Assembly: GCA_001599295.1 (NCBI GenBank)
Contig: BCGN01000007.1
Location: 748,090 to 768,089, forward strand
Length of the DNA: 20,000 nt
Direction of reading: 5' to 3'
Origin: Sporopachydermia quercuum
Taxonomy: Eukaryota
The notes under the pieces are model-generated. The model was not told the DNA's origin. It worked only from the letters and a program-made list of their open reading frames with translations, and made no database searches. A program made the translations under genes and the position numbers. Numbering within the stretch: position 1 is the stretch's first letter; each line of letters starts with the position of its first letter. This document shows, piece by piece, positions 11,100 to 20,000 of this stretch.

Positions 11100-11873
11100 T
11101 TTACTATGCACAATTGGGAGTCTTGTTTCGGCGTTCTTCTATACCCTATTTTGACTAATCGGCTGTTCCGTTCCAACAGAATGAGCTTTTGATCAAAAGA
11201 CGGAAANTGCAACGTCACAAGTTGTATATATAGAGATTGCTTTTGTAATAAATTCTAAAATAAATTCACAAACACCAATCTACAAACAAAATCTTCATAT
11301 CATGCAAACACGTTTCGTTTCCTTCAAGTCTTTTTTTTCGTATGNCAATAACGGAAACTATTTGTTCGGTTTACCTACAAGTATTCCGGATTGTCGGTCG
11401 TATAGCATTTATAATGACTATATAGGATATAAGAAAAGATGAAGATAATGCGAAGTATGGGCAATTGATTGATGATTAGAACTCAAAAATGAGTTGTTGT
11501 TCTTTGCCACAAGAAAGTTGGTAATCACAAAGGTTTTCTAGTTCAGTAATTGTTGATTATATGACATGTTGGTTGTATGTCAGATGGTTCATTTCCGGTA
11601 TTCTGGACGATGCTCGATGTTTCTTTTCCGGTTTGTAAGGTGAAAATTGTGAGAAGAGATGTAAAGTTTGAAAGAGGAAGAAGCAAGTGGATGGTGAATG
11701 ATATAAGCGTTAGATGAAGAATTGATAGATTTCGGAGAGTAGTTTGATGCGAAATTCAAATAAATTTTAAAGGAATAAGGGAAATCAAAATATAAATGTA
11801 TTGGAGCTAATGTTAAACTGTATGTGAAATTGGATGGGAAGTGTAGGAGGAAGATGATTGGTTATAATATTGA

Positions 11874-11891
11874 ATGACTCTTGTGACTCTT
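11874..11891 (+). promoter_or_regulatory. Tandem pair of Gcn4/AP-1-type TGACTC motifs (ATGACTCTT GTGACTCTT)
   Basis: Two adjacent 9-bp units contain TGACTC at 11875-11880 and 11884-11889, in the divergent region between INO80 and the kelch pseudogene. Function is not shown. Confidence 0.3.
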
Positions 11892-12514
11892 CTCAGAATG
11901 TATTTTCTGAATAGAGACATTATGTTACCTGAACTGAAGCCTTGAAGACTTCATTCCGCCCATAGCCCTATGATTTCTATATAGCGAAGAGGATGAAGGA
12001 AAAATTGATTGGTTCAACAATACCGATTTCGTTATTTTATTTTAAATGCCAATATGGAATAAATTGAACAGTGTCTATTTTTATTAATATTATAGTAATT
12101 GATACCGAGAAACCATATATCTTAAGGCTATCAGCTTAAACTTGTTTATATCTCTATATAGTATTAGATTACCTAATCATGAATACTTTTTAGGCTTTAT
12201 TTCCCACTTTATCTTCAAAGTACGGAAATGATCCAAAGGACAATCTCCGATATCTCTGTTCATTAACACGATTATCAACATCGTCTCTCTTTCTATCCTT
12301 TTCTATCAACTAGCAATCTAAGTAGCCCGTAATTTTACCAACTCAACTAATATTTGCTATTTTTGCAAGCTATCAATTTTGTAAGCACACTCAAGAAGCA
12401 CGGAAACCATCTATAATCTGACTTTCATTCAGACATACTAGGAACCGGAAACACATAAACAACAGACAATCAGAGAAGCAATAGAATACCTTCAGTGCAG
12501 CAGATAACGTGGAA

Positions 12515-13447
12515 ATGCTGCAATTCAAGTTAGAAACAACGCAAAAAGTTAGTGATAAAGCAAGTGTGGCACTAAGTGTGACTGATGTCACTACGTCCTT
12601 ATCTGAAAGTGATGATAGTGCAAGTGGGTCAGTAGGCGATGAGCAAACAACACGAAAACAAAGTTCCGAAAAGACGGAGCTTTTGAAATTGGACCAAACG
12701 CTGAATTTGAGGGAAATATAGCTTATCGAAAAGTGGGAGTCGAAAAAGATGTTCTGATGACAACTGGGAATGAGCTTACCGGAGAAAATAACAATGGCAA
12801 TGGTACATATACGAGAGTAGAGAGCACGACAATATCGGAAGAGATAGTAGCACAAGACCATATTGCAAGGTCACCATCTGAGATTCAACCCGAAGATGCA
12901 ACTACAGCAGAGACCACAGCAGGACCTACAACGGAAGTGACTTCGGAAGTAACCCCAGAAGCAGCTTCATCAGAAATTTTGGAAACCACATCGGCAGCTA
13001 TATCGGAAACAATACTGCGGACAGTCAATTCTCTTACCATANCAACCGAATTAGATCCAATCCACTCTGATATAAATTCCAATCCTATAAGCACCGGGAA
13101 CTTTGTCTTTACTGCTTTCACCGATGGGCAAAAAGTCCAAAATCCTATTGATCTAAGTTTAGATCCAGGAAGTCAATCGGAATTTCCAAATCAATCGCAA
13201 AATATAGAAATGACCCAATATACCCAAGGAGAAGGCGACACTTCTATTTTGGAGTTAGAATCAGCGGAGAACTTAGGGNAAATTTTGGAGGGGAACTTGG
13301 AAGGGCAGTCGGAACAGTCAAAACCACAGAAAGGAGAGTCTTTGACTCTAAAGCAATGAATTAAAAAAGTTGCAAGCCCAATAAACCTGACCGATAATAT
13401 TACTATAAGGAAAGGTACTTATAGAGATTTTATGCCTATTGTTACAC
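12515..13447 (+). pseudogene. Disrupted acidic Ser/Thr/Glu-rich coding region, probably the 5' exon of the kelch pseudogene (true start unresolved)
   Basis: ORFs 12509..12721 and 12733..13359 have similar S/T/E/D-rich composition. The second frame is open from 12643, so a one-base shift near the A-run at ~12669-12672 fuses them (…KQSSEK-DGAFEIGPNAEFEGN…). After TGA 13357-13359 the frame stays open for 29 more codons (IKKVASPINLTDNITIRKGTYRDFMPIVT) up to a GTAAGT donor at 13448. Confidence 0.5.
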
Positions 13448-14117
13448 GTAAGTAATGGGATTTGTTGGTAGGATGCAATCAATTAGGACAGGTATGTTCA
13501 ATGGTTGTCAATTTTGTATTTGCTTTCTAAGGCGATTCTGTTGCTGGAAATATGGAAATATTTAAACGGTGTGTCTGAAGATGTGGTTGGCTTATAAGTG
13601 TTTTATACTACATCTTTATTATTATTAGTGCTATGCTGATGGTTGCTATAAGGATATGAGGAAAGCTAGAACATGAATTCAATGAGAATGCTATTTCAAT
13701 ATAAGGTAGTATAAGTCACATTATTATTTAATAGATGTTCAAAAATTAGCATCGATTTCACAACTCGTTTCAAATGGTTTTAAGATAATATTAGTATATT
13801 TACTTTGTTGATAATGGTATTAATTATTACTATTTTAATATAATTCTATTGTTAATTTCATTATTCACACTGAAAACAAGAAGATGGTAAGGCAGCTGCT
13901 GCTTTATGACTGTCAATATAACGCAATAATACCTCCAAAAACACATAACATGTCACATATCACAAGCCACATGCCACATCTCATTGAAAGGCAGCATTTG
14001 ATTGTTTGATCATTGATAGATCTCCTCTTATACTTGACTTAGCATTGTTTCGTGTTTTGAAGTGAATAAAAGTAATGAAATATCCGTGAAACTAGAACTA
14101 ACATAAATTATCACTAG
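13448..14117 (+). other. Spliceosomal intron 1 of the kelch pseudogene (670 nt)
   Basis: GTAAGT at 13448, AACTAAC at 14096-14102, CACTAG ending at 14117. The interior is AT-rich and the phase matches both flanking exons. Confidence 0.6.
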
Positions 14118-14219
14118 CTGATGGAAAACTTGTTTATATTAATCAGCCAGGCACTTCATGTGCCATATCATTATCAAGGAAACATGTTTATATATATGAT
14201 GGAAGCAAAGAGGCAAGTG

Positions 14220-14452
14220 GTAAGTACTTAGTTAAGTGAATTGATGATGTTGATAATAATATCAGTATTAATAATGGTAATATTAGTATTAAATAGCATA
14301 TTTTGCTTTATTACCGCTAGTAATTCTATGATTACCTTTAATATCTCCGATTTGAGCAGTACTAAATATGTATTATTTCCGTACGTTCTGTCATCTTTTC
14401 ATGTATCTACGTATCTTCTCCTATATTTATCTTCTATTTACTAACATATCAG
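14220..14452 (+). other. Spliceosomal intron 2 of the kelch pseudogene (233 nt)
   Basis: GTAAGT at 14220, perfect TACTAAC at 14439-14445, TATCAG ending at 14452. Splicing keeps the kelch frame. Confidence 0.82.
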
Positions 14453-17400
14453 CTACAGACAGCAAAAAGAAAATGATTATTCTGAATCTCCACACGGGAA
14501 TATTAAAATTTGGAGCTTTTGAACCCGGAGTCTATCGCCGATCCAAACAGCTGTATTTATCGAAAAGACNAAATCCTCCTCTATGGAGGCGTCCAGCCGG
14601 ACGATGAACTAGGGATNCATCCTAAATATAACAGTCTTGTTGTATACAACACCACCAGCAGAACTTGGACAACTTTCCATTTAGACCGATCATCAGTTAT
14701 TCCTCCAGAAAGATATGGTCATGCAGCATGTCTTAGCATTGATAAAAAGCAAATGTTCATGTCCTTTGGTCGTTCTGCTAACAGCAGAGAGTATCTTGAC
14801 GATTTCTGATGTTTAGACTTAACTTCAAGGAAGTGGCTTTTGATCTCCAAAGGATCTATTAATGGGTTTTACCACCGAATGATCGCTGATGATTATCACG
14901 TGGATATATTTGGAGCAAGAAGAAAAGCAGATCGATGGGATTATGAAAGANCACACGTGTCTGATTTGAAAGCTACGTTTGTGTATGTATTAGAAGACTT
15001 CAATTTTGAATATTCGTTGAGATTTAAGCAAGAAGACATTGCAGAGAATGGCCGATTGGCATATGGAGGAAATGAAGAAGACAATCAAATATTCCGACAG
15101 CATTTCGGTGGAGTCCGTGCAAACGTCACAGGAACTCAGTTAAGTTATCTGTTTGCCATCGATGAGAATAGAGGATTTGCATTGCATTTTGCATACGATA
15201 AAGCGGTAAATAATGGTATGAAGAAGAAGAAAACCAACAATAGAGATAGGCATAGTGTTCGAAGGAATAAAATTGGATATTTTGATACTTTGGCATTTAA
15301 TGAGCAGAAAAGGAATTGGTTTTGGTTGCACTGCTTGGACTCCCCGATATTTGACCAAGGCAATAAATGGGATTTTGCGGTCATTGGTAAAGAAAGTGCT
15401 TATTTGATAGGGCACTCTAAACCCGAAGACGAAGAACCGTTTNATCCTGATAGTGATGTAGCTGTTGAGCATAGAGGAAATTTAGTTCCATTAGAAAGGA
15501 TTTTCCGGTTATATCTCAATTTTGATCTGATATAGTAAGAGCTCGTTTGGAGCGATATTGGATAGCTTCTACTGGGAAGTATAGTTTCAATAGCGAACAT
15601 TCTGGTACTCAAGATACTTTTCAGAGTAATGGTCAATGAAGAGGCAAGAAGGGCAGATGGCAACTTGCAAAGCTATCTTAATAGTAGAAGCGTTATTCTT
15701 AAAGGTGATGATAGTAGAATAGATCAAATGTATGTATAATTCTTATGAATAATAGTTGTTCATAATCTCTTAATTGTATAATCATTATTTAAGGAAATGA
15801 ATTATATGATGATAATTCTGTGAATATAAAACTGTGAATATAAAAAAAAGAACACAATATTGTCCTCGGAACAATAAACAGAACATACGAGAATGTAAAT
15901 AAAAATGCAGAACAATTAGGAAACTTTACTGATACAATTCTTCTTTCTCCCAGATTTGAAGGAATCAATAGTATAGTAGATTTACTTTATTGAAATGAAA
16001 AGAAGCAGCCTGTTAAATATGGTTAAACATATGGTAAGCATATGCATTGTAAATTTCATGAAGTTCGAAGCATTTGCTCCCGGCTTCCAGAGAAAGAAAG
16101 AATTCTTCCTGAANTAAGGAATGCAGAGTAGTCTTTCCAGCCTAGAACATGATCTCCAATTGATAAGCCAATGAAAAACCCCTTTACTTCTTGAAAGGTC
16201 CATGAAATAGATCAATTGAGGTAAAGACATAAATAAAGTTCAAATACTGTTGGCTTTTAGTGTTATTTTATCCCATTTAATCTTCAGCTTTAAAGCTTAA
16301 TTCCATAATCGTTTAGTTAAAGCTTAGCAATCTCAGAGGGCGGTTTATTTCTTTTAACTTTAAATGTTTTCTATTGATTTTTCATCTTCTCTTTGATTCT
16401 TGTTATTTACTACCTGATAGTAGGGCATTCCAGAGTTTAATGTTTTGATGGTTAATGAGTAAAACAACAACAAAAAAGTTGTTGGCAGATTTTTTATTTG
16501 ATGCTTTTTACAGGTTATTGCAGATATATATATTATCAAAAACTGGAATTCTATAACTATATTAGCAGCTCCTACCTCTATCTCCCAATTGATATTTTGC
16601 GGTTTCCCCGGAGGAAGCTGAAGTGAGAAGTTCTCCCATCTCAAAAGTTAAATCTTNTTCACTAGGGTACCCATTATAGTTGAACTACCTAGCCTTAATT
16701 GTAGATGAAATTACTCAAAGGGCCAGGGCCTTCTAGTCAGAAGAAACACTATCAGAACACCTGGTAGCAGGTCACCAATTGAAATGAGATGAGACATAGA
16801 TCAGGTAATTAGAAAACAGTTATTCTAAGCACAAANATTGATTTCTCCATACCTTTCCAAACAGTATTGTAAAGGAGGGTTTTTAATATAAATTTTATTC
16901 TGCCTTGATGCAGAGTTCATACATATGGCAGAGTTGTAAGTCTCTGTAAATAGATGAGTAAATGTTGTCGGTAGGCAAATAAACCTTTTCTATTCCTTCT
17001 GAATGTGCTACTGTCTATTTATTTACTGATTAGTGGAATGGTAAGAGTCTTCTTAGTCACTCGAAGCTTGAAAACAGTTCAGGAATGAATGAACAGACTG
17101 GTCGAAATTGTGNAGAGCATAGAATTAGCCACATCCACGAGTGAGCAGTCAGTTTCATATGGTTAATAGTCAATAAATTCTTATTCAAGGTAGAGAATTT
17201 TGCACTAATAAGAGCAATAAACAAAAGAATAAGAGATCAGATGCGAAGATCTGTTATATTTTATAGTGACTGCACTCTTTCCTGTCAGAGATCATCCATC
17301 AAATAAATACAGGTCCTACGGTAAATGCCAACCAGAATTCGAAAGTAAACATCACAAACAACTGAGGCTACTAGTTTTCACATAACAGCTAGACAATTGG

Positions 17401-19299
17401 ATAATTTAGCCCAATTGAAAGAAAAAACATCCCTCTGAGGTTCAATGACAGTAAAAAACAATACTCCAACCGATATTAGGGGTATCAGCTCACTAGTTGA
17501 TCCTCTAGTTTGTAGATCAAATATATAAACCCAACTAGTCTACATTCATTTGCTCTAATAATAATAAAAAGAAAAATTCTACAGTTTTTCTGAACCTTTC
17601 TTTGACCAATTTCTTTTCTTTCGTTTTCCATATTCCTCCACAGTAAAAAGAAAAAAGAAAAAATGAGAAAACTGCTTACGATTTAGAGTTCAGATAGCCG
17701 GGTTTTAAGGGGGTTCAATTTCAGAGCTTCAATTAAACTCTAAATTATCTAATTGATCTATCCCAAAACATAGTTTAACTACTTCCCAACACGAAAAAAA
17801 TGACATACTAATGTACTAATGTATGAAGGAAGAGAGCAGAGCTCTAGAACGCGCTATCTCTCATCAACGGAATGTGGCAGCAGAGTTTTTGGTTGAAAGC
17901 TTAATTGAAATTTAGTTCNTTGTAAAGGATTGAGAGTGTAACTAGTTTATGGTAGAGAAATCAACAGAGACTAAAACTACCGCTCGAAGAATAGTGATAA
18001 GAGGAATAGTAATAGAAGTAGTAGTAGTAGAAGTTGGTGATAGCAAGCAAAGCCTCCAAGATACAGGTCTAAACAGGGAATACGAATATAAACAGGGACA
18101 ATCAACTCAAATATTGTTTTATGATTGTGTGATGAGTCTTTACTGGGAGACTAAGCAGGTCCGTAAACGCGGAAGAATTATATATTATTTCCTCGTCCCA
18201 TTAACAATTTTTTTTGTTGCAACTTATTAAATTGAATTATAAGCTCCACAAGATCTTTTAGGCTACTGGGGAAACATCTAATGTGATTCTAAGATAACTA
18301 TATAACGCACGGTGCATTGAAGATCCAGTCTTTCTATATTGGGTTTATATTGGGATCTATATTGAAGGCCTGATTGGAAATAGACTTACAAAACTCTCTA
18401 AAAATGTCATAATGCCAGAAACAGAAACGTAGATTGAAATCGACGTCTATTATCAATAACCTTCTATCTACATAAGAAAAGTTGATTTTGATAGAAACAA
18501 TTGAGCTGCACATTGTAGTTTGAAGAAAGAATCTGTTGCAATTAGATCAATCCAATAAAAGAGCGAAATAAAAATTTAGCCCATAAACCTGTATCTGCAT
18601 GAGATTAGTAAAGGTTTTTTTCCCACGAACAGTGGGGTCCGAGAAACAGGGAGTAAAAAGGATTAAGGTTATTAGTAAAGACAGTTAACATTTGCTCGAA
18701 AGTTAACCTTAAGTTGCATAAACAATATATAAAGTTTAAGTAGGTATAAAGTGTGTTGTTAAGGTTGTGCATGAATGAGATCCTTCTTTTACTTACAAAT
18801 GTATCTTCAACATCAAAAAGACTACAAGAAAATTAAAGATGAAAAGAAACAGTACTGCTGAATCAATGTACCCAATAGCTTTATCGATGAATTACCAAGA
18901 TTTGCAATACTATCCGGAATATGTAGCCCGCTTCGTCAATGAGGAGGAAAACCAGTTTTCAATTATGATTTATATCTTCTACCTGATACCCGATCAGTTC
19001 TGACGTAGGGCCCTAGTCTGTTCTTTGAATACCTATTATAACTAGCTAGTTCCAGGTAAACAACTTTGAATTAAGTTTCCATACCAATAAAATGNCTTAG
19101 TTAGGAAAAATCAATAACTAGACAGAATATAGTTTCGAGATCTTGAGTTTACTCTATAAACTTTGTTTCGATTTGACTTGTAACAACTTAGATCAGCTAA
19201 TAGTAATCGGAGTTCTCTTACCATCAATGATTCCCCTAAAAATAAATCGATTCAAAATGCCTGACCCCTTAACATTTCTAACATCAGAGGCTTATTGAT

Positions 19300-19307
19300 T
19301 ATATATA
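19300..19307 (+). promoter_or_regulatory. Candidate TATA element upstream of the secreted Cys-rich gene
   Basis: TATATATA lies about 130 bp upstream of ATG 19436; a second TATAAA lies at ~19155. This is a motif match only. Confidence 0.3.
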
Positions 19308-19435
19308 GCCAAAAGATTGTCGTTGAATGTTACTTGACAAATAGTGCAATTTCGTTCGCTTTGCTTTCAAAGTTGGTTTTCCAGGAAAAACGACCATTCT
19401 CCCAAAAGTATTCTGACTTCTATTCATTCGCTAAA

Positions 19436-20000
19436 ATGCTAACGCGAAGTCTTGTATACGCAATTGGTCTAGTAACCCTTGTTAGCAAGGTAGTTGCCCA
19501 GGATGATTCTACTTGTGGAACTGGCTCAGCCTCTTATGCTTGCCATGCTGCTTGTGGTTATATGATTCAAACCTATCAAGCTTGCGATCCTGAAGATTCT
19601 GCATGCTGGTGTGATAGTGACACTTGGGTACAACAACATGACACATGTTTAGACTGTGGTTGGTGTTTATACGGCAGTTACTTCCCCNNTCTCCAANCAG
19701 CTCTCGCTGCATGTGATCTCCCAACTGATCCTACTGGAACGATCTGCTCACCATGTCCAACAACTGAAGCGACTTCTACCGAACCTGCTTCTACTGAACC
19801 AACATCCACCGAGCCAACCTCTACTGAACCAACATCCACTGAACCTACTTCCACTGAGCCAACATCCACTGAACCTACTTCCACTGAACCAACCTCTACT
19901 GAACCTACCAGCAGTGAGACCGAACCAGCACCAACATGTGGAACTGGCTCAGCCTCTTATGCTTGCCATGCTGCTTGTGGTTATATGATTCAAACCTATC
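19436..20000 (+). CDS. Partial CDS (3' end beyond the window): secreted or cell-surface protein with a signal peptide, a repeated 12-Cys CFEM-like module and a Thr/Ser/Glu/Pro-rich linker
   Basis: ATG at 19436 (CTAAAATG), frame open to the window end: MLTRSLVYAIGLVTLVSKVVA|QDDSTCGTGSASYACHAACGYMIQTYQACDPEDSACWCDSDTWVQQHDTCLDCGWCLYGSYFPxLQxALAACDLPTDPTGTICSPCPT(TEPTS-like)x10 SETEPAPTCGTGSASYACHAACGYMIQTY… The hydrophobic leader ends in a VVA|Q cleavage-like site. Confidence 0.9.
   Translation, partial: MLTRSLVYAIGLVTLVSKVVAQDDSTCGTGSASYACHAACGYMIQTYQACDPEDSACWCDSDTWVQQHDTCLDCGWCLYGSYFPXLQXALAACDLPTDPTGTICSPCPTTEATSTEPASTEPTSTEPTSTEPTSTEPTSTEPTSTEPTSTEPTSTEPTSSETEPAPTCGTGSASYACHAACGYMIQTY
19514..20000 (+). 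repeat. Intragenic direct repeat with a 423-bp period: 19514-19577 is identical to 19937-20000 (second copy cut by the window end)
   Basis: 64/64-nt identity, from TGTGGAACTGGCTCAGCC to ATTCAAACCTATC. Confidence 0.95.
19763..19912 (+). repeat. Coding minisatellite, 10 x 15 bp (consensus ACTGAACCWACWTCY = TEPTS)
   Basis: The units (actgaagcgacttct, accgaacctgcttct, actgaaccaacatcc, …, actgaacctaccagc) differ mostly at synonymous positions. Confidence 0.95.

Larger units (their letters stand above)
13432..15535 (+). pseudogene. Spliced kelch-repeat (beta-propeller) pseudogene, Ral2-like; exons ..13447, 14118..14219 and 14453..15535
   Basis: Both introns are phase 1, giving …MPIVT-P-DGKLVYINQPGTSCAISLSRKHVYIYDGSKEAS-A-TDSKKKMIILNL…. 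Kelch motifs follow: 'SCIYRKDxILLYGG…LVVYNTTSRTW', 'PPERYGHAACLSIDKKQMFMSFGR…YLDDF*CLDLTSRKW' and 'FYHRMIADDYHVDIFG'. Lesions are a frameshift between ~14545 and 14570 and an in-frame TGA at 14807-14809 where Trp or another aromatic residue is expected. Confidence 0.75.

Noticed and set aside
13492..13892. Alternative donors GTATGT (13492) and ATG|GTAAGG (13887) for the acceptor at 14117
   Set aside because: Both are phase 0 relative to their upstream frames, which is incompatible with the phase-1 acceptor. The first also follows an in-frame TAA.
14241..14452. Hydrophobic ORF 14241..14444 and the N-terminus of 14368..14607 as small membrane proteins
   Set aside because: They lie inside an AT-rich intron with canonical GTAAGT, TACTAAC and CAG signals.
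14807..14809. TGA read as Trp (alternative genetic code or programmed readthrough)
   Set aside because: MED5 ends on TGA and all genes use TGG for Trp. The same gene also has a frameshift, so pseudogenisation is the simpler explanation.
16036..16068. KHMHCKFHEVR resembling the Ty1/copia RNase H motif KHIDIxxHFVR
   Set aside because: The downstream ADxxTK motif is absent, and no LTR or polypurine tract is evident.
17690..17730. GGTTCAAT resembling a tRNA T-loop or B-box (also ~17439)
   Set aside because: No pairing T-stem, acceptor stem or anticodon arm can be built.
15982..18230. ORFs 15982..16230 (-), 16360..16644 (-) and 17949..18230 (+)
   Set aside because: They are short and have no motifs. 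The last is driven by a (GTA)n/(ATAG)-like microsatellite at ~17990-18030.
19763..19912. Regular repeat array considered as CRISPR-like
   Set aside because: The 15-bp units are contiguous, lack spacers and vary at codon third positions. This is a coding minisatellite in a eukaryotic gene.
19509..19988. ORF-track entries 19509..19724, 19656..19988 and 19678..19884
   Set aside because: They are off-frame or antisense readings of the TEPTS repeat. The real frame starts at ATG 19436 and has no stop in the window.

Overview
AT-rich fungal nuclear DNA, probably a budding-yeast lineage (inferred from the compact genes and GTAAGT / (T/A)ACTAAC / YAG introns). From left to right: (1) the 5' part of a minus-strand N/Q/S-rich gene running off the left edge, absent from the ORF track; (2) Mediator subunit MED5/NUT1 (+); (3) a convergent INO80 remodeller ATPase (-), probably starting at an unannotated 33-nt first exon beyond a 130-nt intron; (4) a two-intron kelch-repeat (Ral2-like by recollection) pseudogene, split by the ORF track into several fragments and possibly joined to an acidic S/T/E-rich N-terminal region; (5) about 3.9 kb of non-coding DNA with possible decayed coding or transposon relics; (6) the 5' part of a secreted protein, also absent from the ORF track, built from a repeated 12-Cys CFEM-like module and TEPTS mucin-like repeats. 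No tRNA, rRNA, CRISPR array or intact mobile element is supported. The best novelty candidate is the 12-Cys repeat surface protein. All family assignments come from motif recognition, not database searches.
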